Position numbers and translations under genes: made by a program. 64,000 nucleotides of DNA from Calditrichaceae bacterium (lineage in GTDB: Bacteria; Calditrichota; Calditrichia; Calditrichales; JBFXGD01): the NCBI GenBank assembly GCA_050173015.1, contig JBFXLE010000019.1, positions 1 to 64,000 on the forward strand, read 5' to 3'. Shown here piece after piece: positions 1 through 9,049 of this stretch (the stretch's first letter is position 1; every line of letters begins with the position of its first letter). The notes beneath the pieces are model-generated. The model worked only from the letters and a program-made list of their open reading frames with translations, ran no database searches and was not told where the DNA came from.

Positions 1-115
<115 letters not shown>

Positions 116-613
116 CTATTGTTTTTTTGCCGAATCGACCGTGGCCGAGCCATCCATGCCCACAATCAGCGCATCAACCGAGACATAACTTCGGTACTCT
201 GAATGACCGGTTTCGGCATAAAAAAGTCTACCACCGGTATAGGTCCCGTTCCATGAAGCCACCACGACCCGATTTCTCGAAATGCCCTGCAGCAACCGCA
301 ATGGATCCTGTTGGAGCCCCTTATCGAAAAGGATCTCGAGATTATCCAGCACAACGGGTGCTTGAGCTTTATCCGCGATCTGATCGAGGATACCCGGCAA
401 CCGCAGCGACCGCTGCTTCACTGTAAGTTCAAGCAGTTCGTTTGAAAGCAACAGATTTACGTTATTGACGACAGTCCCAAACTCCTTAGCAATTTCCCGA
501 AGAACGCCGGTCTTGCCGGAACCTGTCTCCCCCACAACCAAAACAAGGCGGTGATACAGGCCTTCTGCTGACTGTAGGGATCGTTTTATCTTGTCGTGTA
601 TCGGCTCTGCCAT
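116..613 (-). CDS. brxF: BREX-3 system P-loop-containing protein BrxF
   Basis: 165 aa; LYHRLVLVVGETGSGKT Walker A, VVLDNLEILFD, LQQDPLRLLQGISRNRVVVASWNG, YAETGHSEYRSY typical of BrxF; AAGGAG SD. Confidence 0.88.
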   Translation of the reverse strand: MAEPIHDKIKRSLQSAEGLYHRLVLVVGETGSGKTGVLREIAKEFGTVVNNVNLLLSNELLELTVKQRSLRLPGILDQIADKAQAPVVLDNLEILFDKGLQQDPLRLLQGISRNRVVVASWNGTYTGGRLFYAETGHSEYRSYVSVDALIVGMDGSATVDSAKKQ

Positions 614-625
614 AGTCGCTCCTTA

Positions 626-832
626 CTACCCGGTGTTTGGTTTAGCGGTTTTGCCAGCCAAACATACCTTTAACTACGTATTTATTTCATATTTCTTAAA
701 AATCAGGAAATAGTCCATGCGGCGTATGGCCATAGCATTTTTGTCGTCCCGTAGATGAACAATGTCAATACAGATAATGTGTTTGCGACATATTTCATTG
801 AATGATAACCAGTGATGCTCCATCTCATACAT
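626..832 (-). pseudogene. Degenerate excisionase-like (HTH_17/MerR-type) helix-turn-helix gene with internal TAG
   Basis: Manual translation MYEMEHHWLSFNEICRKHIICIDIVHLRDDKNAMAIRRMDYFLIFKKYEINT*LKVCLAGKTAKPNTG* aligns without gaps to the recalled family pattern MxEMEDRWLSxxEI...DTVYxWIDKxxMPAHRMGRLWKFKKxEVDxWVK. The stop at 674-676 falls at the conserved Trp. GGAG lies 7 nt before the ATG. Confidence 0.7.
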
Positions 833-928
833 TTTCATGCTCCACTGGTGTCTTATTTTTTAGCCTGCTTCACCGGATGCTGACGAAGAGAGCACGGTTG
901 TAGTTCGTGAAAAAACTTACCTCTTCAA

Positions 929-956
929 AATATACGAATCTAACTTTTTAATGCAA
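929..956 (-). promoter_or_regulatory. Putative sigma70 promoter for the HTH-brxF-DUF6079 operon
   Basis: TTGCAT-16 nt-TATATT on the minus strand. Confidence 0.4.
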
Positions 957-1051
957 ACGCTCTTTGCTGATTTGATCCATATATTTTTTAAAAAATCACA
1001 GACAGACACGAATTGGAATGATAATTTTATGAAATTTTATCTAAAAACAAG

Positions 1052-1097
1052 AAAAAAAAACCCGCCAGATCAGAGTTTTGCTCTGAATAGACAGGTT
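1052..1097 (-). terminator. Rho-independent terminator of tmRNA
   Basis: AACCUGUC-uau-UCAGAG-caaaa-CUCUGA-ucu-GGCGGGUU followed by a U run, just past the tmRNA CCA end. Confidence 0.8.
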
Positions 1098-1110
1098 GTG
1101 GTTTGTTAAA

Positions 1111-1468
1111 TGGTGGAGACGCCGGGAGTTGAACCCGGGTCCGAACATGGATCAATATAAACATCTACAATCATAGCCGGTTATTAGTTCTCATTTTGCA
1201 ACAGGCTGACCGACAGGCCAGTCACAAAACCAGTTCATAAAGTTATTGAAACTTAACGCATGAACATCATTAAGCTCAAATCCACCCAAATACGGCGCTT
1301 AACTTATCCCCGGTGAATCAGAGAAGAGCAAAGCGTGACAGCATTATTAAGCTGCCATTGCATAATTATAATCGGCACTTATCGTGCTTCTGACTAATTA
1401 CGGGGTAGTCAGGATCCCGGATTGCCGTTCATACCCTTCACATGCCCGTCGAATCCAAAATCGTCCCC
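1111..1468 (-). ncRNA. ssrA: tmRNA (transfer-messenger RNA); tag reading frame 1376-1347 encodes ADYNYAMAA followed by two TAA
   Basis: 5' GGGGACG...GGAUUCGAC; 3' CCCGGGUUCAACUCCCGGCGUCUCCACCA; acceptor stem GGGGACG/CGUCUCC with G3-U; 358 nt; tag ends in AA. Confidence 0.97.
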
Positions 1469-1481
1469 GGACATATTTTTC

Positions 1482-1577
1482 TTTCAAAGAACAAAAGGAA
1501 GGTGACCTTGATCAGGGGAAGGCCGGGGGAGGACCTTTTATGCTGAACTTTAGTCACCTTCCTTTAATTCTCTGAAA
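1482..1577 (-). other. Long hairpin in the tmRNA 5' leader with a C-rich apical loop
   Basis: Perfect 13-bp inverted repeat 1494-1506/1553-1565, extended by UUUCAGAGAA/UUCUUUGAAA, with inner UCAG/CUGA and AAGG/CCUU stems around CCUCCCCC. Confidence 0.7.
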
Positions 1578-1597
1578 ATTGTATTTCAACGATCATA

Positions 1598-1626
1598 AAT
1601 ATACAAGTTATTTACAATTTTATCAA
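1598..1626 (-). promoter_or_regulatory. Putative sigma70 promoter of the hairpin-tmRNA precursor
   Basis: TTGATA-17 nt-TATATT; predicted start near 1591. Confidence 0.6.
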
Positions 1627-1693
1627 GTATCGGTGTTTGTTTATATGATATATTTTCGACATATAAATCATATAAATTAATTTATTCCATTTA

Positions 1694-2092
1694 TCAGGTC
1701 AAAAACCGATCCATATCTCCCATATCAGGCACCGGGCAAGATTCAAATTTCCCAAACCAGCGGTACCGGTGGCCGGCGATCAGATCGTAAACCCAATCCC
1801 TAATTATTCCGGGAATCAATATAAAAACATACAGTACCGGCCACAGCCCGTCAAGCTCTTTTGCAATCCTCAGAGCCGCCGATGATCTTATGAATGTCCT
1901 ACCCTGGTTGTACAAAACGATAGAATGCGTATAATGCTCAGGTATCCCGGACAATTTCAGTATTTCCTTCGCTTTATCAGTACCCAGATGCGCAAAACGG
2001 AATTTTTTAGCCGAATCTCTTTTTATGATAAATTGAACACTGCCATTACAAAGTTTGCAAATTCCGTCATATAAAACAATTGGTCTATCCAC
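1694..2092 (-). CDS. DCC-family thiol-disulfide oxidoreductase (DUF393/YuxK-like)
   Basis: VLYDGICKLCNGSVQF (DxxCxLC) and RDWVYDLIAGHRYRWFGK motifs. Confidence 0.9.
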   Translation of the reverse strand: MDRPIVLYDGICKLCNGSVQFIIKRDSAKKFRFAHLGTDKAKEILKLSGIPEHYTHSIVLYNQGRTFIRSSAALRIAKELDGLWPVLYVFILIPGIIRDWVYDLIAGHRYRWFGKFESCPVPDMGDMDRFLT

Positions 2093-2211
2093 TTAAAGCC
2101 CTGCTGTTCCATTTCACACTATTTACTGAACGATTTAAGCGATTGTAAAGTTCATTCCGGTCCAGGGAAATCCCGGTATATTTCCGGAAACGATACAGAA
2201 AAGAATAATAG

Positions 2212-4272
2212 TTATTCCGCATTTCCTCCGCGGGTAGCTTTTACAAGAACATTACTGAGAATATTCGCGTCAACCGGCTTTTCCATAAATTCAAAAATAT
2301 GATATTTTTCCATCATTTCATCAATATTGATATCCATCGTTCCGCTCATCAGAATCACCGGTAATTCCGGCCTGTAAATGTGAATCTCACAAGCCAGATC
2401 AATACCGGTCATTCTTGGCATATTCATATCCGAAACGATCACATCATATTTTGATGGATCTTTCCTGAAATTTTCGAGCGCGTCGAGACTGCTGTCAAAC
2501 GCTTCAACCGAATATCCGATTCTCTTCAGCAACTGACTACCGGCCTTAATTAACTGAGATTCGTCGTCCACCAGCATAATCATCCCTTTGCCCCTTTGAA
2601 GCGGAATTTCTTCTGCTTTAGAATCGGATGGTTCATCTGCTATCTTCGGAAGCAGGACCGTGACAGTGGTCCCAATCCCCGGCTCACTTTCAACAAAAAT
2701 CTCTCCATTATGGCTTTTGACAATGCCATGAACTACGGACAATCCCATACCCGTTCCTTCCCCCGCCTCATGTGTGGTAAAAAAAGGTTCGAATATCCTG
2801 TCCATGATAGATTGATCAATTCCTTTGCCCGTATCCCTGACTGAAATTGAAGTATAATTCCCACTATCCACATTTACTTTTTCAGGAACAGTCATTTCTT
2901 CCGGTACCTTTACAGAATTCACTCTGATCTCTATTATCCCCTTGCCTCGTTCAAGCATGGCCTGGTATGCGTTTGTGCACAGATTCATCAGTACTTGCTG
3001 TATTTCAACCTCATTGGATAATATAGTCCCGCTGTTTTTATCTATTTCCAGCTTAATTTCCATGTTAGTCGGTAAAAGTGACCGGATCATTTTCATAGAA
3101 TCTTTAATAGTCTCAGCAATACTAACCGGTTTATACTCCCTTTCCACTCTCCTGCTAAAAGTAAGAAGCTGCCTGACAAGTTCTTTGCCCCTTTTTCCCG
3201 CCTCGGCAATTTCTTGCAGATGCTGCTGAGATCTATGATCCATGCCCAGATCATCAGAGGCCAGAAATGTAAAACTTTGTATCGCGGCAAGAATATTGTT
3301 GAAATCATGAGCAATACCTCCCGCCAGTGTTCCGATCGCGTCCATTTTTTGCGATTGCCTGACCTGAGCTTCCAGTTTTTTATTTTCACGTTCGGCTTTC
3401 TTTTTGGCGGAAATATCAATACTCAGAGTCAATAGTCCGGCAAACTCGCCGATTTCATTGAGGATGGGTTGTCCTGCTCTTATGACATCAACCAGATGGC
3501 CATCTTTGTGGAGCATCTGCATCTCAATTTGAAGCGCTCTGCCCTTCAAAATCTCATCAAACCGCTCTTTGAATTGTGAGAGATATTTCGGGGCAATAAA
3601 TTCTATCATCGGCCTGCCAATAACCTCTTCCCTCTGGTATCCCAATAAGCGCTTGATCCCCCGGCTGCAATCGGTAATAATTCCATTTTCGTCAATCATT
3701 TCCCCACCGTAGGGCAAGAGGTCAAATAATAGACGGTTCCTTTTCTCACTAATGGCCAGCGCGTTGGCGGCTTTAATCTGCTCGGTCATATTTCTGGCGA
3801 TTCCCCGCACGGCCATCGCCAGGCCTCGTTCATAAATAACCGAATTTCGGTACTCGAAAATGAACTCTTGTCTCTGATTACTCATCAAAAACAACAGCCC
3901 GTTTGACTCCGTTTTCTTTAGCACGGAATCAAGGTATTCAGTGTATTCAGCCGCGTGCTCCGGACTGACCAGTTTAACGAGCGGTTCATTGATTATTTCA
4001 TCTCTTTTGTATCCTAAAATTCGGGTGACCGCCTCATTTATCTGCAATACATAACCGTCAAGAGAATGAACATATACAATGTCGGTTACATTATTAAACA
4101 AATCATCATATTTTTGCTCTCTCTCGCGCAATTCTTCATATTTTGCTTTTTGACTGGCGATATTTCTTTTCTGATTATAAAGAAACACACTGGTGAGACT
4201 AAAACCAAATAAGATGACGACACTGGAAATTATCAGTACAGCCCACCATAATTCAACCGAAATTGTCTGCAT
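2212..4272 (-). CDS. Membrane-anchored hybrid histidine kinase (TM-PAS-PAS-HisKA-HATPase-REC)
   Basis: N-terminal hydrophobic helix, two PAS domains, GGIAHDFNNIL H-box, QVLMNLCTNA, FEPFFTT, GTGMGL, C-terminal receiver (LVDDE, SDMNMP, KP). Confidence 0.92.
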   Translation of the reverse strand: MQTISVELWWAVLIISSVVILFGFSLTSVFLYNQKRNIASQKAKYEELREREQKYDDLFNNVTDIVYVHSLDGYVLQINEAVTRILGYKRDEIINEPLVKLVSPEHAAEYTEYLDSVLKKTESNGLLFLMSNQRQEFIFEYRNSVIYERGLAMAVRGIARNMTEQIKAANALAISEKRNRLLFDLLPYGGEMIDENGIITDCSRGIKRLLGYQREEVIGRPMIEFIAPKYLSQFKERFDEILKGRALQIEMQMLHKDGHLVDVIRAGQPILNEIGEFAGLLTLSIDISAKKKAERENKKLEAQVRQSQKMDAIGTLAGGIAHDFNNILAAIQSFTFLASDDLGMDHRSQQHLQEIAEAGKRGKELVRQLLTFSRRVEREYKPVSIAETIKDSMKMIRSLLPTNMEIKLEIDKNSGTILSNEVEIQQVLMNLCTNAYQAMLERGKGIIEIRVNSVKVPEEMTVPEKVNVDSGNYTSISVRDTGKGIDQSIMDRIFEPFFTTHEAGEGTGMGLSVVHGIVKSHNGEIFVESEPGIGTTVTVLLPKIADEPSDSKAEEIPLQRGKGMIMLVDDESQLIKAGSQLLKRIGYSVEAFDSSLDALENFRKDPSKYDVIVSDMNMPRMTGIDLACEIHIYRPELPVILMSGTMDINIDEMMEKYHIFEFMEKPVDANILSNVLVKATRGGNAE

Positions 4273-4557
4273 ATAAAATCTCTATATTTGAGAATAAGTT
4301 GAAATATATTTTTGTAACGATCTTGAGAATGCCGCATTATTAAAACGGCGGCAAACCGCTGGCGCATGTCTTTTATACTATGAACACTTTAGTCGTTTAC
4401 TATAAAGGGTCCGTGATGTTAGCTTTGGACTTGAAAACATATTTTGCCCTGACGACAATTTATGCTCTGACATAGAGAAATTCTTCTTAAATTTAATCAC
4501 GTCGAAGTAATTTACAAATGAAAATTTATGTATGCTCACATATAATTCCGTTCTGAA

Positions 4558-5343
4558 TTATTCGAGCTGTCCTAAGGACTTCACACAATCGTATAGTGAA
4601 TCAGATATCATATCCGGCTTCAGGAGAGAATTGTTTAGATCCTGTTCCCGGAATTTACCGGTTTTCACGAGACATGTTGTGATTCCAAGAGCGGCCGCGC
4701 CGGCAATATCTGATTCTATGTCATCTCCAACCATCAGAACATTTTCCGCGGGTAAAGCAATATCCTTTAGCGCCATCTCAAAAAAGGGTTTCGCCGGTTT
4801 ACCAATCACAATAGAATCGATACCGGCGGCGAATTCCAGAAGAGCCACAAAGGCTCCCGCGTCAAGTTTATATCCATCATCACTCAGCCAAAAGCGATTT
4901 TTTTGTAAGGCAATCAACCGCGCGCCATTATGAAGATACAAGAACGCTTTGTTCAATTTTTCATAGGTAAATTCTTCACCAAGATCTCCCGCTACGACAA
5001 AGTCAACGTGGTCGCCGCCGACTGGAATATCATCAAACTCCTTTTTCGCGTCTTCAAGAAGCATCAGGTGGCATTCCGGATAATTCAGCGCCCGAATGTA
5101 CATTGACGCCGCATAAACAGCTGTAAAGATGTCTTTTTTGGTAACATCGATACCCATTTGGGATAATTTCAGTCTAAGAGTATCCCTGCTTTTCATGGAA
5201 GTATTTGTAATAAATCTATAGGGGATTCGGTTCTCCGACAAAACACGAATGGCATCTACAGAACCCGGAATCGGAGTACTCTCATTGTACATCACACCAT
5301 CCAGGTCAATTAGTAATCCCTTGATTTCATTCATACATCCCAT
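4558..5343 (-). CDS. HAD-superfamily subfamily IIA hydrolase (TIGR01458/LHPP-like); likely start 5334
   Basis: LIDLDGVMY, ITNT, IGKP, MVGDDIESDI, VKTGKF motifs. Confidence 0.9.
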   Translation of the reverse strand: MGCMNEIKGLLIDLDGVMYNESTPIPGSVDAIRVLSENRIPYRFITNTSMKSRDTLRLKLSQMGIDVTKKDIFTAVYAASMYIRALNYPECHLMLLEDAKKEFDDIPVGGDHVDFVVAGDLGEEFTYEKLNKAFLYLHNGARLIALQKNRFWLSDDGYKLDAGAFVALLEFAAGIDSIVIGKPAKPFFEMALKDIALPAENVLMVGDDIESDIAGAAALGITTCLVKTGKFREQDLNNSLLKPDMISDSLYDCVKSLGQLE

Positions 5344-5386
5344 CCAAATATTAAATCATTTTGGAAGAGTCTATCCGGCACCAAGA

Positions 5387-6862
5387 CTATAGTTCCAGGA
5401 GCTCGCGATACAAATCGACATATTTGTGACTTTGTATTTCCCAGGAATAATTTTTTTTCATGCCGTTCAACATGAGTTTTTTCCAGGCATTTTTCTGTCT
5501 GAAAGTTTCAATCGCGAACGTCAGGGACCATGTCAGCGCGTCGGAGGCGTAATGTTCAAAGACAAATCCGGTTCCGGTTCCGGTCGGTCTGTCATACAGC
5601 TCAACCGTATCGGCCAGACCTCCGGTCTTTCTGACTACCGGTACCGTACCGTATTTCAGGCTGTAAATCTGGTTTAAGCCGCAGGGTTCATACCTTGAAG
5701 GCATTACGAACATATCCGCGCCGGCTTCTATAAGGTGCGCCAACTCGTTGTTATACCCCTTGAAAAATGCCACTTTTGCCGGAAATTTATTCCGGGTATC
5801 TTCAAAAAATTTTTCATACACCGCCTGACCGTTTCCGAGAACGACAAACTGAATATCATAATTCTCCAACAAAAACGGCAGACTGCTGAATAAAAGTTCA
5901 ATCCCCTTTTGTTCAGCCAACCGGCTCACGATACCGGCCACGGGTATTTCCGGATTATACTTCAATTTCATCCGTGATAATAATTCAATTTTATTTTTTT
6001 CTTTTCCGGAGAGATCACTTTCTGAATACTTATAGGGGATTAATTTATCTGTATCCGGATCCCATTCATCATAATCTACCCCGTTTAAAATTCCCACAAG
6101 GTCCTTTTGACGTGACTGTAACAGCTGATTTAATCCTTCGCCAAGAAATTCGGTCTGAATCTCCTCCGCGTAGGTCCTGCTCACCGTCGTGATCTTATCG
6201 GTGTGAGTAATTCCGGTTTTTAAGAAGTTAACCTGCCCGGAGTTTAAATCATCCTTGTCAAACAGGTTCGAATACTCCGTCAGGCCAAGCTCACCCACTT
6301 TGTCGGCGGCGAAAATCCCCTGGTAACCAATGTTGTGAATAGTCAGAACCGTTTTAGTGTGTTCGAATAGCTTATCCCAGGCATAGACGGACTTTAAATA
6401 AGCCGGAATCAATGCTGTTTGCCAGTCGTTGCAATGCAGGATATCCGGAGCCCACTGCATTCTCTGACAAATCTCCAGAGATGCTCTGGCTAAAAGCGCG
6501 AATCTGATATGTTCATCCGCGTCATCCGTGTAAATAGCGGATCTGTCAAAAAGTGACGGACAATGTATAAAATAAACATCGGCATGGGTCTTTGGGAGTT
6601 TAGCGGTAAAAACCGAATATACCTTTTTAACTCCCCCAAACCAGAGCTCGAGATTCTGCATGGATTTTATGATCCGGAAATCCTGCGATTTCAGATCAAT
6701 TGACGAATATAGAGGTATGATCAACCGTATATCATGACCTTCCTCATGCAGATATTTACCAAGCGCGCCGGAGACATCCGCCAGGCCGCCGGTCTTTGCA
6801 AAAGGAACAATTTCTGATGAGACAAAACATATTTTAAGTGAATCCATATCAGCCCGGAGCAA
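5387..6862 (-). CDS. glgA: Glycogen synthase (GT5); likely start 6847
   Basis: PFAKTGGLADV, HCNDWQ, TIHN, PSRYEPCGLNQ motifs. Confidence 0.95.
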   Translation of the reverse strand: MLRADMDSLKICFVSSEIVPFAKTGGLADVSGALGKYLHEEGHDIRLIIPLYSSIDLKSQDFRIIKSMQNLELWFGGVKKVYSVFTAKLPKTHADVYFIHCPSLFDRSAIYTDDADEHIRFALLARASLEICQRMQWAPDILHCNDWQTALIPAYLKSVYAWDKLFEHTKTVLTIHNIGYQGIFAADKVGELGLTEYSNLFDKDDLNSGQVNFLKTGITHTDKITTVSRTYAEEIQTEFLGEGLNQLLQSRQKDLVGILNGVDYDEWDPDTDKLIPYKYSESDLSGKEKNKIELLSRMKLKYNPEIPVAGIVSRLAEQKGIELLFSSLPFLLENYDIQFVVLGNGQAVYEKFFEDTRNKFPAKVAFFKGYNNELAHLIEAGADMFVMPSRYEPCGLNQIYSLKYGTVPVVRKTGGLADTVELYDRPTGTGTGFVFEHYASDALTWSLTFAIETFRQKNAWKKLMLNGMKKNYSWEIQSHKYVDLYRELLEL

Positions 6863-6876
6863 AATTAATCAATTTT

Positions 6877-7449
6877 TTAATTTAATATTCCATAAAGAAT
6901 CAAAAATACCACAGGAATCATAACGCCGGCCGCAGCCAGCCACGCTCCCCTGCCTTTGATTCCATTTTTCCCCTTTAAAACAAATAAACCTGATATCGCG
7001 AGGAAAAACAATACAAATCCGTAAATATCCGAAATAAATGTCCAGATCTTATTTGCCTTGTTCAAATGTAAAAATTTAAAATAATGAAACAAAAAATGAT
7101 CTTGAAATATGGTCTGCCTGACATTACCGCTTGGCAGATCGATTTCCACCATGTTCTCTCTGGAAGTGCTTCCTTTGAGTAAAATTTTTAAAACATCAGG
7201 AGACAGTTTGGTGACAGAAATTACACTGTCTTCTATGCTTAATTGTTTGAGTGCCAATCCGGCGATCTCTTCATCACCTGAAACTTTAATAGGATTAATA
7301 TTTAATTCCAATACCTTCTTTTTATAAATAAATCCCCAGTCATTGATATGATTTAACAGGATACCGGAAACAGCAAACACAATCGTCAGGCCAACCGCCA
7401 GATATCCAAGATCACGGTGTAACAGGTTGTTCCACTTTCTCCACTTCAA
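6877..7449 (-). CDS. PepSY-associated TM helix domain protein
   Basis: LHRDLGYL, SGILLNH, LHLNK, TM helices; TTG start with AAGGAGG SD. Confidence 0.8.
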   Translation of the reverse strand: MKWRKWNNLLHRDLGYLAVGLTIVFAVSGILLNHINDWGFIYKKKVLELNINPIKVSGDEEIAGLALKQLSIEDSVISVTKLSPDVLKILLKGSTSRENMVEIDLPSGNVRQTIFQDHFLFHYFKFLHLNKANKIWTFISDIYGFVLFFLAISGLFVLKGKNGIKGRGAWLAAAGVMIPVVFLILYGILN

Positions 7450-7470
7450 CTTTCGAGTTCCTCCTTAAAC

Positions 7471-7495
7471 AAAAAAAACCGCCACTTAGCGGTTT
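7471..7495 (-). terminator. Intrinsic terminator immediately upstream of the PepSY-gene SD (possible attenuator)
   Basis: AAACCGC-uaagug-GCGGUUU plus U run, ending a few nt before AAGGAGG. Confidence 0.75.
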
Positions 7496-7651
7496 ACCGG
7501 TCGATTACATTATGGAAAATGTACCGCTTTAGTTAATCCCCAACCCCCTGAAGTATAACTTCTATATATTTGGTGATTTATACCCGCCGATTCATTTCGG
7601 GCGGACAATATCTTGATCTTTACGCGAATCCGTGCTATTTCAGCGCGGTTC

Positions 7652-7680
7652 AATTTAATTAAAAGACCTACCATTTGCAA
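7652..7680 (-). promoter_or_regulatory. Putative sigma70 promoter for the ~175-nt PepSY leader
   Basis: TTGCAA-17 nt-TAAATT. Confidence 0.5.
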
Positions 7681-7706
7681 AGAGGAATCCGTTGCTTTAT
7701 TCATTT

Positions 7707-8246
7707 TCAGAATAATAATCTGCAAATCAGAACAGCCGTGATCAGACCGGCCGCGTCAGCCAATAAGCCGGCCGGCAGCGCGTATCTGGTATTGCGTATA
7801 TTCACCGCTCCGAAATATACGGCAATCACATAAAAAGTGGTCTCTGTGCTGCCAAACATGGTGGATGCGATAAATCCGATGAGAGAATCAACACCGTAGG
7901 TATTCATTATTTCTGTCATCACCCCCAAAGATCCACTGCCGGAAAGAGGGCGCATTAAGGCCATGGGCAGTACTTCAGAAGGCATCCCTATCAGCGATGT
8001 AAGCGGACTGACCAAAGCCGTAAAAAAATCCAATGCCCCGCTTGCCCGAAGCATGGCAATCGCCACCAGCATCGCTACCAGATAAGGTATAATTTTTACC
8101 CCTATGTTGAATCCTTCTTTGGCGCCCTCGACAAATGTCTCATACACTTTCACTTTTTTTATCCCGCCATAGCCCAGGAACACCAGAATAATCAGCGGGA
8201 TGGCAAGAATGGACAACCAGTCGATTGAAGTTTTTAAAATTTCCAT
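7707..8246 (-). CDS. spmB: SpmB-family membrane protein (nucleoside recognition Gate domain)
   Basis: YETFVEGAKEG, MRPLSGSGS, GSTETTFYVIAVYFG. Confidence 0.9.
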   Translation of the reverse strand: MEILKTSIDWLSILAIPLIILVFLGYGGIKKVKVYETFVEGAKEGFNIGVKIIPYLVAMLVAIAMLRASGALDFFTALVSPLTSLIGMPSEVLPMALMRPLSGSGSLGVMTEIMNTYGVDSLIGFIASTMFGSTETTFYVIAVYFGAVNIRNTRYALPAGLLADAAGLITAVLICRLLF

Positions 8247-8258
8247 CGTCTTCTCCCG

Positions 8259-8921
8259 CTATTTAGATCTTTTATGTTGATATCTTTGAATTAATTTTAC
8301 CGTGGTGACACCCACCAGTGTCGCCATACTCGCCGCGATGATAGACGGGATAACAATTTGCTGTGGATTCACGGATCCAAGTGAAGCTCTTATGGCGATG
8401 GCGGTCGCGGGCACGATAGTGATGGCGCTTGTATTAATCACCAAAAATGTAATCATATCATCACTGGCTGTGCCTTTCTTCGGATTAATCTTTTCCAGCT
8501 CATCCATGGCCTTTAATCCCAAAGGGGTCGCCGCGTTACTTAATCCCAGCATATTGGCCGCGATATTCATAAGCATGGCGCCGATGGCCGGATGATCGGA
8601 CGGTATTTCCGGAAAGAGTCTTTTGGTGATCGGGCGGACGATTCTGGCGAGAATTTTTATCATTCCCGCTTCTTCCGCGACTTTCATGAGACCCAGCCAG
8701 AGAGCCATCACCCCGATCAGGCCTATCGATATTTCAACCGCCGTACCGGCGGCCTTTATTGCAGCGGTGGTTACCTGCCCCAGCTTTGTTTCTTCATTCA
8801 GATTCCGTTTCTCATTGACTTGCGCGCCCGCTACCGGTCCGGATACTTCGGTATAAATATCCATTCCCGCCGCCACGAGAATACTCAAGGCGATCATCCA
8901 AAGCCAGATATGATTTAACAT
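8259..8921 (-). CDS. spmA: SpmA-family membrane protein
   Basis: MLNHIW, ANMLGLSNAATPLGLKAM, FLVINTS; paired with spmB. Confidence 0.9.
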   Translation of the reverse strand: MLNHIWLWMIALSILVAAGMDIYTEVSGPVAGAQVNEKRNLNEETKLGQVTTAAIKAAGTAVEISIGLIGVMALWLGLMKVAEEAGMIKILARIVRPITKRLFPEIPSDHPAIGAMLMNIAANMLGLSNAATPLGLKAMDELEKINPKKGTASDDMITFLVINTSAITIVPATAIAIRASLGSVNPQQIVIPSIIAASMATLVGVTTVKLIQRYQHKRSK

Positions 8922-9049
8922 ATAACCTCCAGGTTGGATCAGTTAATAATCCCGTTTCTGTAATTTAAGATGTTACTTATTTTAAATTTTAAATTCAACT
9001 ATCGGAAGATTTGTAAATAATCCTGTTAAAGATTAGTGGAAATTGTGAT

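Noticed and set aside
880-912. CTGACGA...GAAA resembling a hammerhead ribozyme core on the + strand
   Set aside because: No stem II closing directly between the two motifs and no convincing stems I/III.
1011-1030. TGGAATGAT similar to the -24 box at 20797
   Set aside because: No GC at the -12 position and it points into the antisense of ssrA.
1540-1575. 11-aa + strand ORF (MLNFSHLPLIL) with a GGAGGA SD
   Set aside because: The SD is just the complement of the C-rich loop; the ORF is antisense to the tmRNA precursor and has no other support.
1482-1577. SRP (4.5S) RNA as the identity of the ~96-nt hairpin
   Set aside because: Lacks the CAGG...GNRA...AGCA helix 8 signature on either strand.
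7537-7552. G-rich tract in the PepSY leader partly complementary to the C-rich tmRNA-leader loop
   Set aside because: Short, low-complexity and interrupted complementarity is expected by chance.
7510-7725. 71-aa ORF across the PepSY leader as a leader peptide
   Set aside because: Overlaps the spmB end, has no SD, no biased codon run and no recognisable protein features.
7707-8921. spmAB as evidence of sporulation
   Set aside because: SpmA/SpmB homologues are widespread in non-sporulating diderms; no other sporulation genes are present.
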